Positions 33,495 through 42,384 of a stretch of 64,000 nucleotides of DNA are shown here, one piece after another. Source of the DNA: Rhodocyclaceae bacterium (GTDB lineage: Bacteria; Pseudomonadota; Gammaproteobacteria; Burkholderiales; Rhodocyclaceae); NCBI GenBank assembly GCA_041396265.1, contig JAWKYX010000009.1:11251-75250 (forward strand), given 5' to 3'. Numbering within the stretch: position 1 is the stretch's first letter; every line of letters starts with the position of its first letter. A model generated the notes under the pieces. It was not told where the DNA came from. It saw only the letters and a program-made list of their open reading frames with translations, and ran no database searches. Both the position numbers and the translations under genes were made by a program.

Positions 33495-34352
33495 ATGACC
33501 ATCCCGAAAGAGCATAGAACTACACACCACGAAGGATCGCGGGTGCGTCGTACCGAGCGCGCGGCCACTCTCGAGACATACGATCCCAATCTAGTCACTT
33601 TTTTCGCATGGAAAGGGGGTGCGCTGAAAGACGCCGACTACCGCGTCTATGATGCCATTCGTGCCTGCTGTCGCGAGTACGACATTCGTGATTCCGGTGC
33701 CAGTCCCAGCAAAGACAGCTGCTTGTTCTGGCTTGGTCGAAATGCACCGTCGAAGTCACGTCGAATCTATATCGTTATCAGTGATTCTGAGGAAGATGCG
33801 AATGTCATTGCAGATCACATTGACGTTGAAGCGCATGTCTATCTTCTTGTCGCAACTTTCATCGAGAGAGGCCATGCGGAAACGCCAGAAATAGATTCCG
33901 TTGACATGGTTCACCCACATCTTCGAATTATCCGACTAAGATTAGACACCCGGTTAAGTTCGCTGCTTCCCATCTGGGTCAGCCTGATCTTGCACGCTGA
34001 ATTTTCGGGCGTTTCGACCGCTATCAAAGATTTTGATCGGCTATGTCACTTGGCCTCGAGTGGTGCTCAATGCCTCATCAGCCAAGAACTCTCTATCGCT
34101 GCACATGCTTCGCCAGCGAGAAATATTGAAGTCAATGAGATTTTGAAGAATGTTGCAGCGAATCATGCGGCTAAACCTACACATGTCATCGGTTTTCACC
34201 GGTTGATCACTGATCCGACAGACGAAGTAGGTGCACTGAACATTGTGGCACCGTATCTCGCACGGTCTGGGCTTCTTGCCGACAGTTTGCGACTGGTAGG
34301 GGTGGCCCCGGTCAGAAAATTCGAAATCGCTGTGTTCGTGCTGGTGATATGA
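33495..34352 (+). CDS. Hypothetical protein (lower GC)
   Basis: Long ORF in AT-richer DNA with GGAG RBS; no confident family. Confidence 0.6.
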   Translation: MTIPKEHRTTHHEGSRVRRTERAATLETYDPNLVTFFAWKGGALKDADYRVYDAIRACCREYDIRDSGASPSKDSCLFWLGRNAPSKSRRIYIVISDSEEDANVIADHIDVEAHVYLLVATFIERGHAETPEIDSVDMVHPHLRIIRLRLDTRLSSLLPIWVSLILHAEFSGVSTAIKDFDRLCHLASSGAQCLISQELSIAAHASPARNIEVNEILKNVAANHAAKPTHVIGFHRLITDPTDEVGALNIVAPYLARSGLLADSLRLVGVAPVRKFEIAVFVLVI

Positions 34353-34413
34353 GCAAGTGCGGAAGAAGCGCTTAGCAACACCATACGTATAACGTCTTTT
34401 TGGAGAAAATAAA

Positions 34414-35079
34414 GTGCATCAAGTCATTACAAAGAACTACCCAGAAAACATGAACGGTGGGGTAATGTTGTGTGGAATAAACTTCGGTTATTCGCTGGGT
34501 GACGAAGAGGCAGAGAGAGAAGGCATCCTGGCGCGCTCGGGGCCTCAATCGTTTTTCTCGGATACTTCGGTGAACGAAACAAGGTTCAGAGACCGTATCT
34601 TGAAGTGGATGAATAGCTTCGGGCTGGGCTTGGCAACTCAGTCAGGTAGCGATGGCATCAGAGAGCGCCTGTTCTTTCAAACGAATTGGCTCGATACGCA
34701 AACACGTAGTGTGAGCAGCAACGAAAAGATCGGCGTAAGTAGCCTTGTTCGGGATTCGGGCGGTGTTTTGGGGTTGCTTGAGCAGCGCAAGCCGAAAGCC
34801 ATTATTTTCTTCGGAGCGGATCTGATCGAAGCGTTCAACGACATTTCTCTGCGTGGTCGTCTTGAGTCCTTGTTCGGCGCTCGCTCCGGCAATGCCGAAG
34901 TTCACAAATGGGATGCCTACCACGGAAGAAAGTTTCGAGTACTGACTCAGTCCTACGGGGATACACAGCTAATCAGCCTGCCACACCCCCAAACACGCGG
35001 GTTGTCCGATGAATACGTTGCCCACTTCAAGCCACAGATCATGGCAGCGCTTGGGCGGGCCTATCCTTCACTTTTTTGA
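34414..35079 (+). CDS. Hypothetical protein, possible uracil-DNA-glycosylase-like fold
   Basis: GGAG RBS; motif order CGINFG...FFQTNW...KPKAIIFFG...LPHP. Confidence 0.6.
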   Translation: MHQVITKNYPENMNGGVMLCGINFGYSLGDEEAEREGILARSGPQSFFSDTSVNETRFRDRILKWMNSFGLGLATQSGSDGIRERLFFQTNWLDTQTRSVSSNEKIGVSSLVRDSGGVLGLLEQRKPKAIIFFGADLIEAFNDISLRGRLESLFGARSGNAEVHKWDAYHGRKFRVLTQSYGDTQLISLPHPQTRGLSDEYVAHFKPQIMAALGRAYPSLF

Positions 35080-35121
35080 AATTGGGTGAGTGTGTCGGGA
35101 AGAACGCTGGGCGGATGCCCT

Positions 35122-36351
35122 TCACCCCTTCACACAAACCACCTGCCTCAACCGATACACCACTTCCACCAACTCAGCCTGTGCTTCCATCACGGCGTCG
35201 ATATCCTTATACGCCATGGGAATCTCGTCAATCACTTCTGCATCCTTTCTGCATTCGACGCCGGCTGTCGCACGCACCTGGTCGTCGACGGTGAATTGCT
35301 TGCGCGCGGCCGTGCGGCTCATCACGCGCCCGGCGCCGTGGCTGCATGAGCAGAAGCTCTCCGGGTTGCCCTTGCCGCGCACGATGTAGCTGGCGGCGCC
35401 CATGGAGCCGGGGATGATGCCGAGTTGGCCGGCCTGGGCGGAGACGGCGCCTTTGCGGGTGATGAAAACCTCGCGGCCGAAGTGGGTCTCTTTTTGCACG
35501 TAGTTGTGGTGGCAGTTCACCGCCTGCTGGTCGGCGGTGAAGGGCTTTTTGATGACGTGGCGGGCGGCGTCGATGAGGTGGGCCATCATCAGTTCGCGGT
35601 TGGTTCGGGCGAAGTCCTGCGCCCAGCCGACGGCTTCGACATAGTCGTCGAAGTGCTGCGCGCCTTCGGTGAAGTAGGCCAGATCGCGGTCGGGCAGGTT
35701 GGCCAGGTGCTGGCGCATGTCGGCCTGTGCCAGTTCGATGTAGTGGCGGCCGATGGCGTTGCCGACGCCGCGTGAGCCGGAGTGCAGCATGAACCACACG
35801 CGGCCGGCCTCATCCAGACACACCTCGATGAAGTGGTTGCCGGTGCCGAGCGTGCCGAGGTGGGCGTGGTTGTTGGTCTTCTCGAGGCGGGGCGCCAGCT
35901 CGACAAGGCGGCGGAAGCCCGGCTGCAGGCGTTTCCAGGCGGCGTCCACGTTGGCGGGCGGTTTGCCCCAGCTGCCGTGGTCGCGCTTGCCGCGGGTCAT
36001 GTCGCGGCCGTGGGGCACGGCTTTTTCGATGGCGCTGCGCAGGCCGTGCAGGTTGTCGGGCAGGTCGGCGGCGTCGAGCGTGGTGCGCACGGCCATCATG
36101 CCGCAGCCGATGTCGACGCCGACGGCGGCGGGGATGATGGCGCCGAGGGTGGGAATCACGCTGCCGATGGTCGAGCCCTTGCCCAGATGCACATCGGGCA
36201 TCACCGCCAGGTGCTTGTAGATGATGGGCAGGCGGGCGGTGTGGATGAGCTGCGTGCGGGCGGCGCCTTCGACCGGCACGCCGTGGGTCCACAGCTTGAT
36301 CGGGGCGGCGCCGGGCAGGGTGAGGGTGTCGTGGTCGGCGGGGTGGGGCAT
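35122..36351 (-). CDS. rtcB: RNA ligase RtcB
   Basis: MPDVHLGKG, VGVDIGCG, GTGNHFIE, HSGSRG, CHHNY, SHGAGR, DEIPMAYKDI. Confidence 0.96.
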   Translation of the reverse strand: MPHPADHDTLTLPGAAPIKLWTHGVPVEGAARTQLIHTARLPIIYKHLAVMPDVHLGKGSTIGSVIPTLGAIIPAAVGVDIGCGMMAVRTTLDAADLPDNLHGLRSAIEKAVPHGRDMTRGKRDHGSWGKPPANVDAAWKRLQPGFRRLVELAPRLEKTNNHAHLGTLGTGNHFIEVCLDEAGRVWFMLHSGSRGVGNAIGRHYIELAQADMRQHLANLPDRDLAYFTEGAQHFDDYVEAVGWAQDFARTNRELMMAHLIDAARHVIKKPFTADQQAVNCHHNYVQKETHFGREVFITRKGAVSAQAGQLGIIPGSMGAASYIVRGKGNPESFCSCSHGAGRVMSRTAARKQFTVDDQVRATAGVECRKDAEVIDEIPMAYKDIDAVMEAQAELVEVVYRLRQVVCVKG

Positions 36352-36575
36352 GGCCAGTCCGGGGGAGGGCGTATGTGTACTTTAGCTGTGCAGCGCCGCG
36401 TTCAGCTGTCGCCGTAGCAAATCGATCGATGCCCTCCGCCGTGCCGCGCCCGTCGTGCGCCTGCAGGCGCGCTGCGTCATAGTGCCGCACACGCAAGCAA
36501 ATATGACGTCTATCAAACATGATGCGACGCCAGCACCGCTAGAGTGCGCTCCCCTCCCCAACTGCAGGTAACCCC

Positions 36576-38585
36576 ATGCTCGCCCCCCGACTGACCCCGA
36601 TCGCGCTGGCGCTGTGCCTGGCGACCTCTCAATCCGCCCTGGCCGAAAATGCCGTCCTGACGCTTGGAGAAGTTGTGGTCAGCGGTGAGGCAAGCGGCCC
36701 GCTCGATGCGGCCAGCCTGCTGACCTCGGTCGACGTGCTGCCGACGGCACGCATCGAGAATCAGGTGGTGCTCAACAACTGGCAGTTGCTCGGGCAGGTG
36801 CCGGGGGTGATGCTGACGCAGTTCGGCCAGGGCACGACATCAGGCAAGTTCTCCATGCGCGCCTTCAATGGCGAAGGCGAGATCAATGCGGTCAAGCTGC
36901 TGATCGACGGGGTGCCGTCCAACAGCAACGACGGCAACATGCCCTATATCGAACTCGCGCCGCGCCTCGACATCGAGTCGATCGAGGTGGTGCGCGGCAC
37001 CAACGATCCGCGCTACGGCCTGCACAACATTGCCGGCAACGCCAACATCCGCACCAAGACCGGCGGGAACTACGCGCTGGGTCGCGCCACGCTCGGCAGC
37101 TTCGGCATGCAGGAGCTGCAAGCGGCGCTGGGCGTCGACGGCGGTGTGCTGTCACAGAACTACGCAGTCGCGCTGCAGCATACCGATGGCTACCGGGATC
37201 ATGCCGAAGCCGACAACGCGGCGTTCTCGGGCAAATGGTTCGTGTCGCTGGATGAGGGCGCCACCCGGTTCGGGCTGATCGCGCGCCATTCAACGGCAGA
37301 CGCCGAAGAGCCGGGCTACCTGACGGCGGCCCAGCGCCGGGCCGACCCGGACCAGTCGCCGGCCCACAATGCCAGCGATGAAGACCACCGCGAAGCGACC
37401 CAACTGGCCCTGCAAGGCGAATCGGAGATCAACGAACAGCTGTTCTGGACCGGCCTGGTCTACCGCAACGAACTGGACGACCGGCGTTTCGTCAGATTCT
37501 CGGCTGGCGTGTCGCAGCAGGAGCGCATCACCGAAGAAGTGCACTCCGGCGCCGCGACCACGCTCACCTGGCGCGCCGGCGAGACCGCCATCGGCAATGT
37601 CTCGGTCATGGTCGGGCTGGACGTGGAGCATCAGGACAACCGCAGCCTGCGCTACACCACCATCAACCAGGTACGCCAGACGCAGACGCGCAAACAGCAG
37701 TTCGATCTCGACACCAGCGGCGCATTCGTGCAGGCGGCCATCACGCCGCTGGTGGGGCTGACCGTTACCCCTGCCTTCCGGGTCGACCGCATCGATGGCA
37801 GCTATACCAACGGCCTGAATGGCAAGACCTACGATGTGAACGACTATGGCACCATCGAGCAGCCGAAGATCAGCGCGGTGTATGCGCTGACCGAACGCTA
37901 CTCGGTGTATGGCAACTGGGGGCGCAGCTTCCAGATCGGCGTCGGCACCGCTTCCTACAAGGTGAATCAGACCGAAGACCTGGCGCCCTCGATCAACGAA
38001 GGCTGGGAGATCGGCCTCAAACTGCGGCCGCTGGACTGGCTGGACGGTCGCGTGGCGCTGTGGCGCCAGACCGCGTCCAACGAAGCGCGCCGCAAGCTCA
38101 ATGACCCGTCCAACGATTCGGAGAACATCGGCGAGACGCGCCGCCAGGGGATCGACCTGCAGCTCAACGCCCAGCCCACCCGGCAACTCAGCGTGTGGGT
38201 CTCGGCGGCGATCCAGCGCTCCGAAATCCTGAAGGCCGACGCGGCCTCGTCCAACACCACCGGGAAGGAGGTCGACCATGTGCCGCACCTGCTGTACGGC
38301 CTGGGGGCCGACTACCAGGCCAGCGACGCTCTGCGCCTGTCGGCCTGGCTCAACGGGCAGAGCAGCTACTATCTCGAGCGGACCAACAGCACCGGGAAGT
38401 TCGGTGGCTTCGCTCTGGTGAATCTGTCGGCGGCCTATCGCATGAGCCCGGCGGTCAGTTTCGAGCTGCAGGTGCGCAACCTGTTTGACCGCTACAACGA
38501 GTACGTGTGGTGGGACGGCACGCAGTCGCTGCACGCACCGGGCGCGCCGCGCAGCATTTACGGCACCGTCAGCCTCAAGTTCTGA
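36576..38585 (+). CDS. TonB-dependent outer membrane receptor
   Basis: Signal peptide, EVVVS TonB box, IESIEVVRG plug, NLFDR, C-terminal Phe. Confidence 0.93.
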   Translation: MLAPRLTPIALALCLATSQSALAENAVLTLGEVVVSGEASGPLDAASLLTSVDVLPTARIENQVVLNNWQLLGQVPGVMLTQFGQGTTSGKFSMRAFNGEGEINAVKLLIDGVPSNSNDGNMPYIELAPRLDIESIEVVRGTNDPRYGLHNIAGNANIRTKTGGNYALGRATLGSFGMQELQAALGVDGGVLSQNYAVALQHTDGYRDHAEADNAAFSGKWFVSLDEGATRFGLIARHSTADAEEPGYLTAAQRRADPDQSPAHNASDEDHREATQLALQGESEINEQLFWTGLVYRNELDDRRFVRFSAGVSQQERITEEVHSGAATTLTWRAGETAIGNVSVMVGLDVEHQDNRSLRYTTINQVRQTQTRKQQFDLDTSGAFVQAAITPLVGLTVTPAFRVDRIDGSYTNGLNGKTYDVNDYGTIEQPKISAVYALTERYSVYGNWGRSFQIGVGTASYKVNQTEDLAPSINEGWEIGLKLRPLDWLDGRVALWRQTASNEARRKLNDPSNDSENIGETRRQGIDLQLNAQPTRQLSVWVSAAIQRSEILKADAASSNTTGKEVDHVPHLLYGLGADYQASDALRLSAWLNGQSSYYLERTNSTGKFGGFALVNLSAAYRMSPAVSFELQVRNLFDRYNEYVWWDGTQSLHAPGAPRSIYGTVSLKF

Positions 38586-39739
38586 TGGCCGGGCGACGCG
38601 CGCGACAGCTGTGGCTTGGCGTGCACCTATACGCCGGCCTGCTGCTGGGCGCGCTGTTTGCGCTGCTCGGGCTCACCGGAAGCGTGCTGACCTTCTACCT
38701 GGAGGTCGACACCGCATTCAACCCGGCCCAACGGGTGGCGCAGCCGGCCCTCACCGCCCCGGCGCCCGACGCCGTACTGGCGCGCCTGAAAGCGCTATAC
38801 CCTGATCGCGACGGCCCGTGGCGCATTGAAATGCCGCTTGCCGCCGACGACGCCCTTCGGGTGCGCTACTACAACCCGGTCGAGACGGCAGGGCGCGGCT
38901 TTGCCCCGCTGATGCTGAGCCTCGATCCGGCCACGCTGAATGTCACCAGCGAACGCTTCTGGGGCGACTACGCGGTCACCTGGCTGTACGACCTGCACTA
39001 CACCTTGCTCCTGGGCGCGCCTGGCACCCAATGGGTCGGAATCGCCGGCTGGTTGATGCTGCTGTCGATGTTCAGTGGCCTCTACCTGTGGTGGCCCAGC
39101 CGGGCCCGCCTCGCCAGCGCCCTCAAGCCGGTGCTCAGGCGCGGCATCGTGCGCACCGTATACGACCTGCATGTGCTGACCGGGGTGTACGGCTTTGTTG
39201 TGCTGGCCACCCTCGCCTTCACCGGCTGCGTGCTCGCGCTTCACGGACCGACCCGCGCGGTGGTCGAGGTGTTCTCCCCGGTACAGGACCTTTATCGCGC
39301 CCCCGCCGGGCTGGCCACTGGCGAGCCGCGCCTTGCCCTGGAGGCCGCCGTGGCCATTGCCCGCCAGCGCTTTCCCGATGCCGAGCTCCGCTGGATCGAA
39401 TCCTCGGGCGCGCGCGGCACGCCGATCATGCTCCGCCTGCGGCAGCCCGACGAACCGGGGCGGCGTTTTCCGCAAACCCGGCTGTGGCTGCACCCGGTCA
39501 GCGGCGACATCCTGGCCGTGCGCGATCCGGGCCAGAACAGCGGCGGCGATACCTTTTTTGCCTGGATGCACCCACTGCACAACGGCGAAGCCTTCGGCCT
39601 GCCGGGGCGGATATTGGCCTGCATTGGTGGCGTGATGCCGCTCATCATTTTCGTGACCGGTTGGATCCGGTGGCGACAAAAGCGCCGCGCGCGGCGAGCC
39701 GGTGAGCGGGGGCGGTCGGCCAGCGGCGCTCCTGCCTGA
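38585..39739 (+). CDS. PepSY-associated TM helix protein
   Basis: VHLYAGL, LGLTGS, LYDLHY, YDLH...G, PLHNG; TGATG coupling to the receptor gene. Confidence 0.9.
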   Translation: MAGRRARQLWLGVHLYAGLLLGALFALLGLTGSVLTFYLEVDTAFNPAQRVAQPALTAPAPDAVLARLKALYPDRDGPWRIEMPLAADDALRVRYYNPVETAGRGFAPLMLSLDPATLNVTSERFWGDYAVTWLYDLHYTLLLGAPGTQWVGIAGWLMLLSMFSGLYLWWPSRARLASALKPVLRRGIVRTVYDLHVLTGVYGFVVLATLAFTGCVLALHGPTRAVVEVFSPVQDLYRAPAGLATGEPRLALEAAVAIARQRFPDAELRWIESSGARGTPIMLRLRQPDEPGRRFPQTRLWLHPVSGDILAVRDPGQNSGGDTFFAWMHPLHNGEAFGLPGRILACIGGVMPLIIFVTGWIRWRQKRRARRAGERGRSASGAPA

Positions 39740-39740
39740 G

Positions 39741-41159
39741 TCAGCCGCCGCACTGGGCGCGGATCATCTCGCCCAGCGTGGCCACGGCGCGTTCGGCGGC
39801 GTCGGTCCACGGGTGGCCGGTGTTGAGGCGGATGCACTGGTTGAAGCCGCGCGTGGCCGAAAAGATCGGGCCGGGGGCGATGCTGATGCCGCGCGCCAGC
39901 GCCTGGCGGTGCAGGGCGAGGGCGTCGGCGCCGGGGGGCAGGGCGATCCACACGAAGTAGCCACCGCGCGGGCTGGCCAGCTGCACGCCGGGCGGAAAAT
40001 GCCGCTCGATGGCGGCAATCGCCCGCGCGGTCTGGCTGGCCAGGGCTTGGCGCAGGCGGCGCAGGTGGTGGTCGTAGCCGCCGTGGTGCAGGTAGTTGGC
40101 CAGTGCGGCCTGCAGGGGCACGGCGGTGCCGAGGCTGGTCGACAGCTTGAGCCGCTGCACCGCGCGCGCATGCCGCCCGGCGGCCACCCAGCCGACGCGG
40201 TAGCCCGGTGCCAGGCATTTGGCGAAGGACGACACATGCAGCACCTGCCCGGCGCTGTCGAGCGACTTGGCCGGCAGCGGGCGCGGCTCGCCAAAGTGCA
40301 GCTCGGCATACACGTCGTCTTCGATCAGCGGCACGTCGTGGCGCGCCAGCAGGCTCACCAGTTCGCGCCGGCGATCGTCGGGCACGCAGGCGCCGAGCGG
40401 GTTCTGGTGGTTGAGCATGAACAGGCAGGCGCGGATCGGGTGGCGCGCCAGCGCCTCGGCCAGCGCGCCCACGTCGACCCCGTCGCGCGGATGGGTGGGG
40501 ATCTCGATCACGCGCAGGCCGAGCCGCTCGATGGCCTGCAGGCCGCCGTAGAAGGCGGGCGACTCGATGGCCACCAGGTCGCCCGGGCGGGTGACCGCCT
40601 GCAGGCACAGGTTGATCGCCTCCATGGCGCCGGAGGTGATGACGATCTCCTCCGGCGACAGCGACACCCCGGCCGACAGGTAGCGCAGCGCGATCTGGCG
40701 GCGCAGCTCGTCGTTGCCCGGCGCCAGGTCGGTGACGCTGCGCCACGGGTCGAGCCGCCGTGCACTCACGGCCAAGGCGCGGGCCAGGCGGTCGAGCGGA
40801 AACAGCTCGGGGCTGGGAAAGCCCGAGCCGAGCGGCACCACCTCGCGATCCTTGGTGGAGTCGAGGATGTCGAAGATGAAGTCGCTCACCGTCAGCGCGG
40901 TGGCGTCGGTGCCCGGCCGGCTGACTGGCGGCTCGGCCAGCGTCTGGCCGAGGCGGGCGCGCACGTAGTAGCCCGAGCGCGGGCGCGCCTCGATGAGGCC
41001 GCGGCTCTCGAGCAGGGCGTAGGCCTGCAGCACGGTGGACGGGCTGGCGTTCTGGCTGCGGCAGGCATGGCGTACCGACGGTATCCGTTCGCCGGGGCGC
41101 AGGGTACCTTCGGCAATGCGTCGGGCCATGTCGTCGGCCAGTTGCTGGTAACGGTTCAT
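39741..41159 (-). CDS. MocR/GntR regulator with PLP-aminotransferase domain
   Basis: wHTH PGERIPSVR, IEARPRSGYYV, IEDDVY, SSFAKCLAPGYRVGW. Confidence 0.93.
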   Translation of the reverse strand: MNRYQQLADDMARRIAEGTLRPGERIPSVRHACRSQNASPSTVLQAYALLESRGLIEARPRSGYYVRARLGQTLAEPPVSRPGTDATALTVSDFIFDILDSTKDREVVPLGSGFPSPELFPLDRLARALAVSARRLDPWRSVTDLAPGNDELRRQIALRYLSAGVSLSPEEIVITSGAMEAINLCLQAVTRPGDLVAIESPAFYGGLQAIERLGLRVIEIPTHPRDGVDVGALAEALARHPIRACLFMLNHQNPLGACVPDDRRRELVSLLARHDVPLIEDDVYAELHFGEPRPLPAKSLDSAGQVLHVSSFAKCLAPGYRVGWVAAGRHARAVQRLKLSTSLGTAVPLQAALANYLHHGGYDHHLRRLRQALASQTARAIAAIERHFPPGVQLASPRGGYFVWIALPPGADALALHRQALARGISIAPGPIFSATRGFNQCIRLNTGHPWTDAAERAVATLGEMIRAQCGG

Positions 41160-41311
41160 CGTCCCTCTGTCGTGTGGGTACGCGACACCATGATACGCAT
41201 CAAGCGCGACCCCAATTTCTGTATTGCCGGGCGGTCGGACAAACTGTCCCTGCCCGTGGCGAATGCGCTGTGCGCTAATGGTAGCCGTGTTCTTCCCGCC
41301 AGGCCGATGCC

Positions 41312-41908
41312 ATGCAACTGACGCTCGACGCCATACCTCATTCGCCACCCGCACGCAGTCCGGTCCCCGGCAATCGCGGCATCTGGGTGGGCATTTTCTG
41401 CGAGCTGACCGAGTTCGCCTTGATGTTCCTCGCCTATGCCTATTTTCGCCTCACCTTTCCCGAGGACTTCCACCGCGGCCCCGGCCTGCTCAACACCACG
41501 GCCGGCGTCGCCAACACCCTGGTGATGCTCACCAGCAGCTACTGCGCCATGCGCGCCATGATCGCCATCCGCCGCAACCGGTCGCGCGCCTGCCTGCGCT
41601 GGCTGGCGGCCACGCTGGGCCTGGGCGTGGTGTTCTTGCTGGTGAAGGCCTGGGAGTTCAACTGGAATATGGCGCATGGCGTGGTCGGCACCGGCAACAG
41701 CTTCATCGCCATGTACTACTACCTCACCCTCAACCACCTGGTGCATGTGGTGTGGGGTTGCCTCGGGCTGATCTGGGCGCTGCTGCGCACCTGGGGCGGC
41801 GCCTACAGCCCGGCCGACCATGAAGGCGTGGAGGCAGCCACGCTGTACTGGCACGCCACCGATCTGGCGTGGATCGTGATTTTCCCGCTCATGTATGTGC
41901 TGCGCTGA
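41312..41908 (+). CDS. Cytochrome c oxidase subunit III-like (NorE-like) protein
   Basis: PGNRGIWV...E..EF, NTLVMLTSS, YYYLTLNHLVHV, YWHATDLAW. Confidence 0.85.
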   Translation: MQLTLDAIPHSPPARSPVPGNRGIWVGIFCELTEFALMFLAYAYFRLTFPEDFHRGPGLLNTTAGVANTLVMLTSSYCAMRAMIAIRRNRSRACLRWLAATLGLGVVFLLVKAWEFNWNMAHGVVGTGNSFIAMYYYLTLNHLVHVVWGCLGLIWALLRTWGGAYSPADHEGVEAATLYWHATDLAWIVIFPLMYVLR

Positions 41909-41921
41909 CGGAGGCCGCCCC

Positions 41922-42176
41922 ATGTCTGCCGAAACCGTTATGACCCGCATCTGGCTCCTCCTTGTGGGGCTGACCCACCAGTGCCGTATTGGCCGACGGT
42001 GGCGCCTGGTGCGCGACCGCCCTGATCGCACTGGGCGGCTGGCGTCAAATATGCTGGTGATCCGCCATTTCATGGAACTGGACGGCCGGTTTCCGCGCCT
42101 GCACCGGCTCATGAACGGCTACATCGTGCTGGTGCCGGCGCTGCTCTTTGTGCTGGGCAGCGTGTTCGCCGGGTAG
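41922..42176 (+). CDS. Small CoxIV/NorF-like membrane protein with internal indels
   Basis: RIWLLLVGLT start and RHFMEL motif; the hydrophobic middle helix reads only in another frame. Confidence 0.6.
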   Translation: MSAETVMTRIWLLLVGLTHQCRIGRRWRLVRDRPDRTGRLASNMLVIRHFMELDGRFPRLHRLMNGYIVLVPALLFVLGSVFAG

Positions 42177-42202
42177 GGCTGGCGGACCTGCCCCGACCTG
42201 GC

Positions 42203-42248
42203 GTAGGGCCGGCGTCCGCCGGCCTTGGCGGGTTGAAACCCGCCCTAC
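42203..42248. repeat. REP doublet (REPIN-like)
   Basis: GTAGGGCCGGCGTCCGCCGGCC + GGCGGGTTGAAACCCGCCCTAC. Confidence 0.75.
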
Positions 42249-42384
42249 GTGTCGGCCGGCGCGGCGCAATCTGTAATCCCCAAAAATCGTGTTCTCTGGA
42301 ACTGTACCGTAATTCTCGGCACTGGTTTACTCGCCTCACCCCGTCGGCGCCGCGCCGTGGCGCCGGGGGCGATCGAGGACCGTC

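Noticed and set aside
33277-35121. attC sites around the two orphan ORFs
   Set aside because: No RYYYAAC...GTTRRRY palindrome found by eye, so they are not called cassettes
36352-36575. Cobalamin riboswitch or Fur box before the TonB receptor
   Set aside because: No B12-box or GATAAT-type repeat visible
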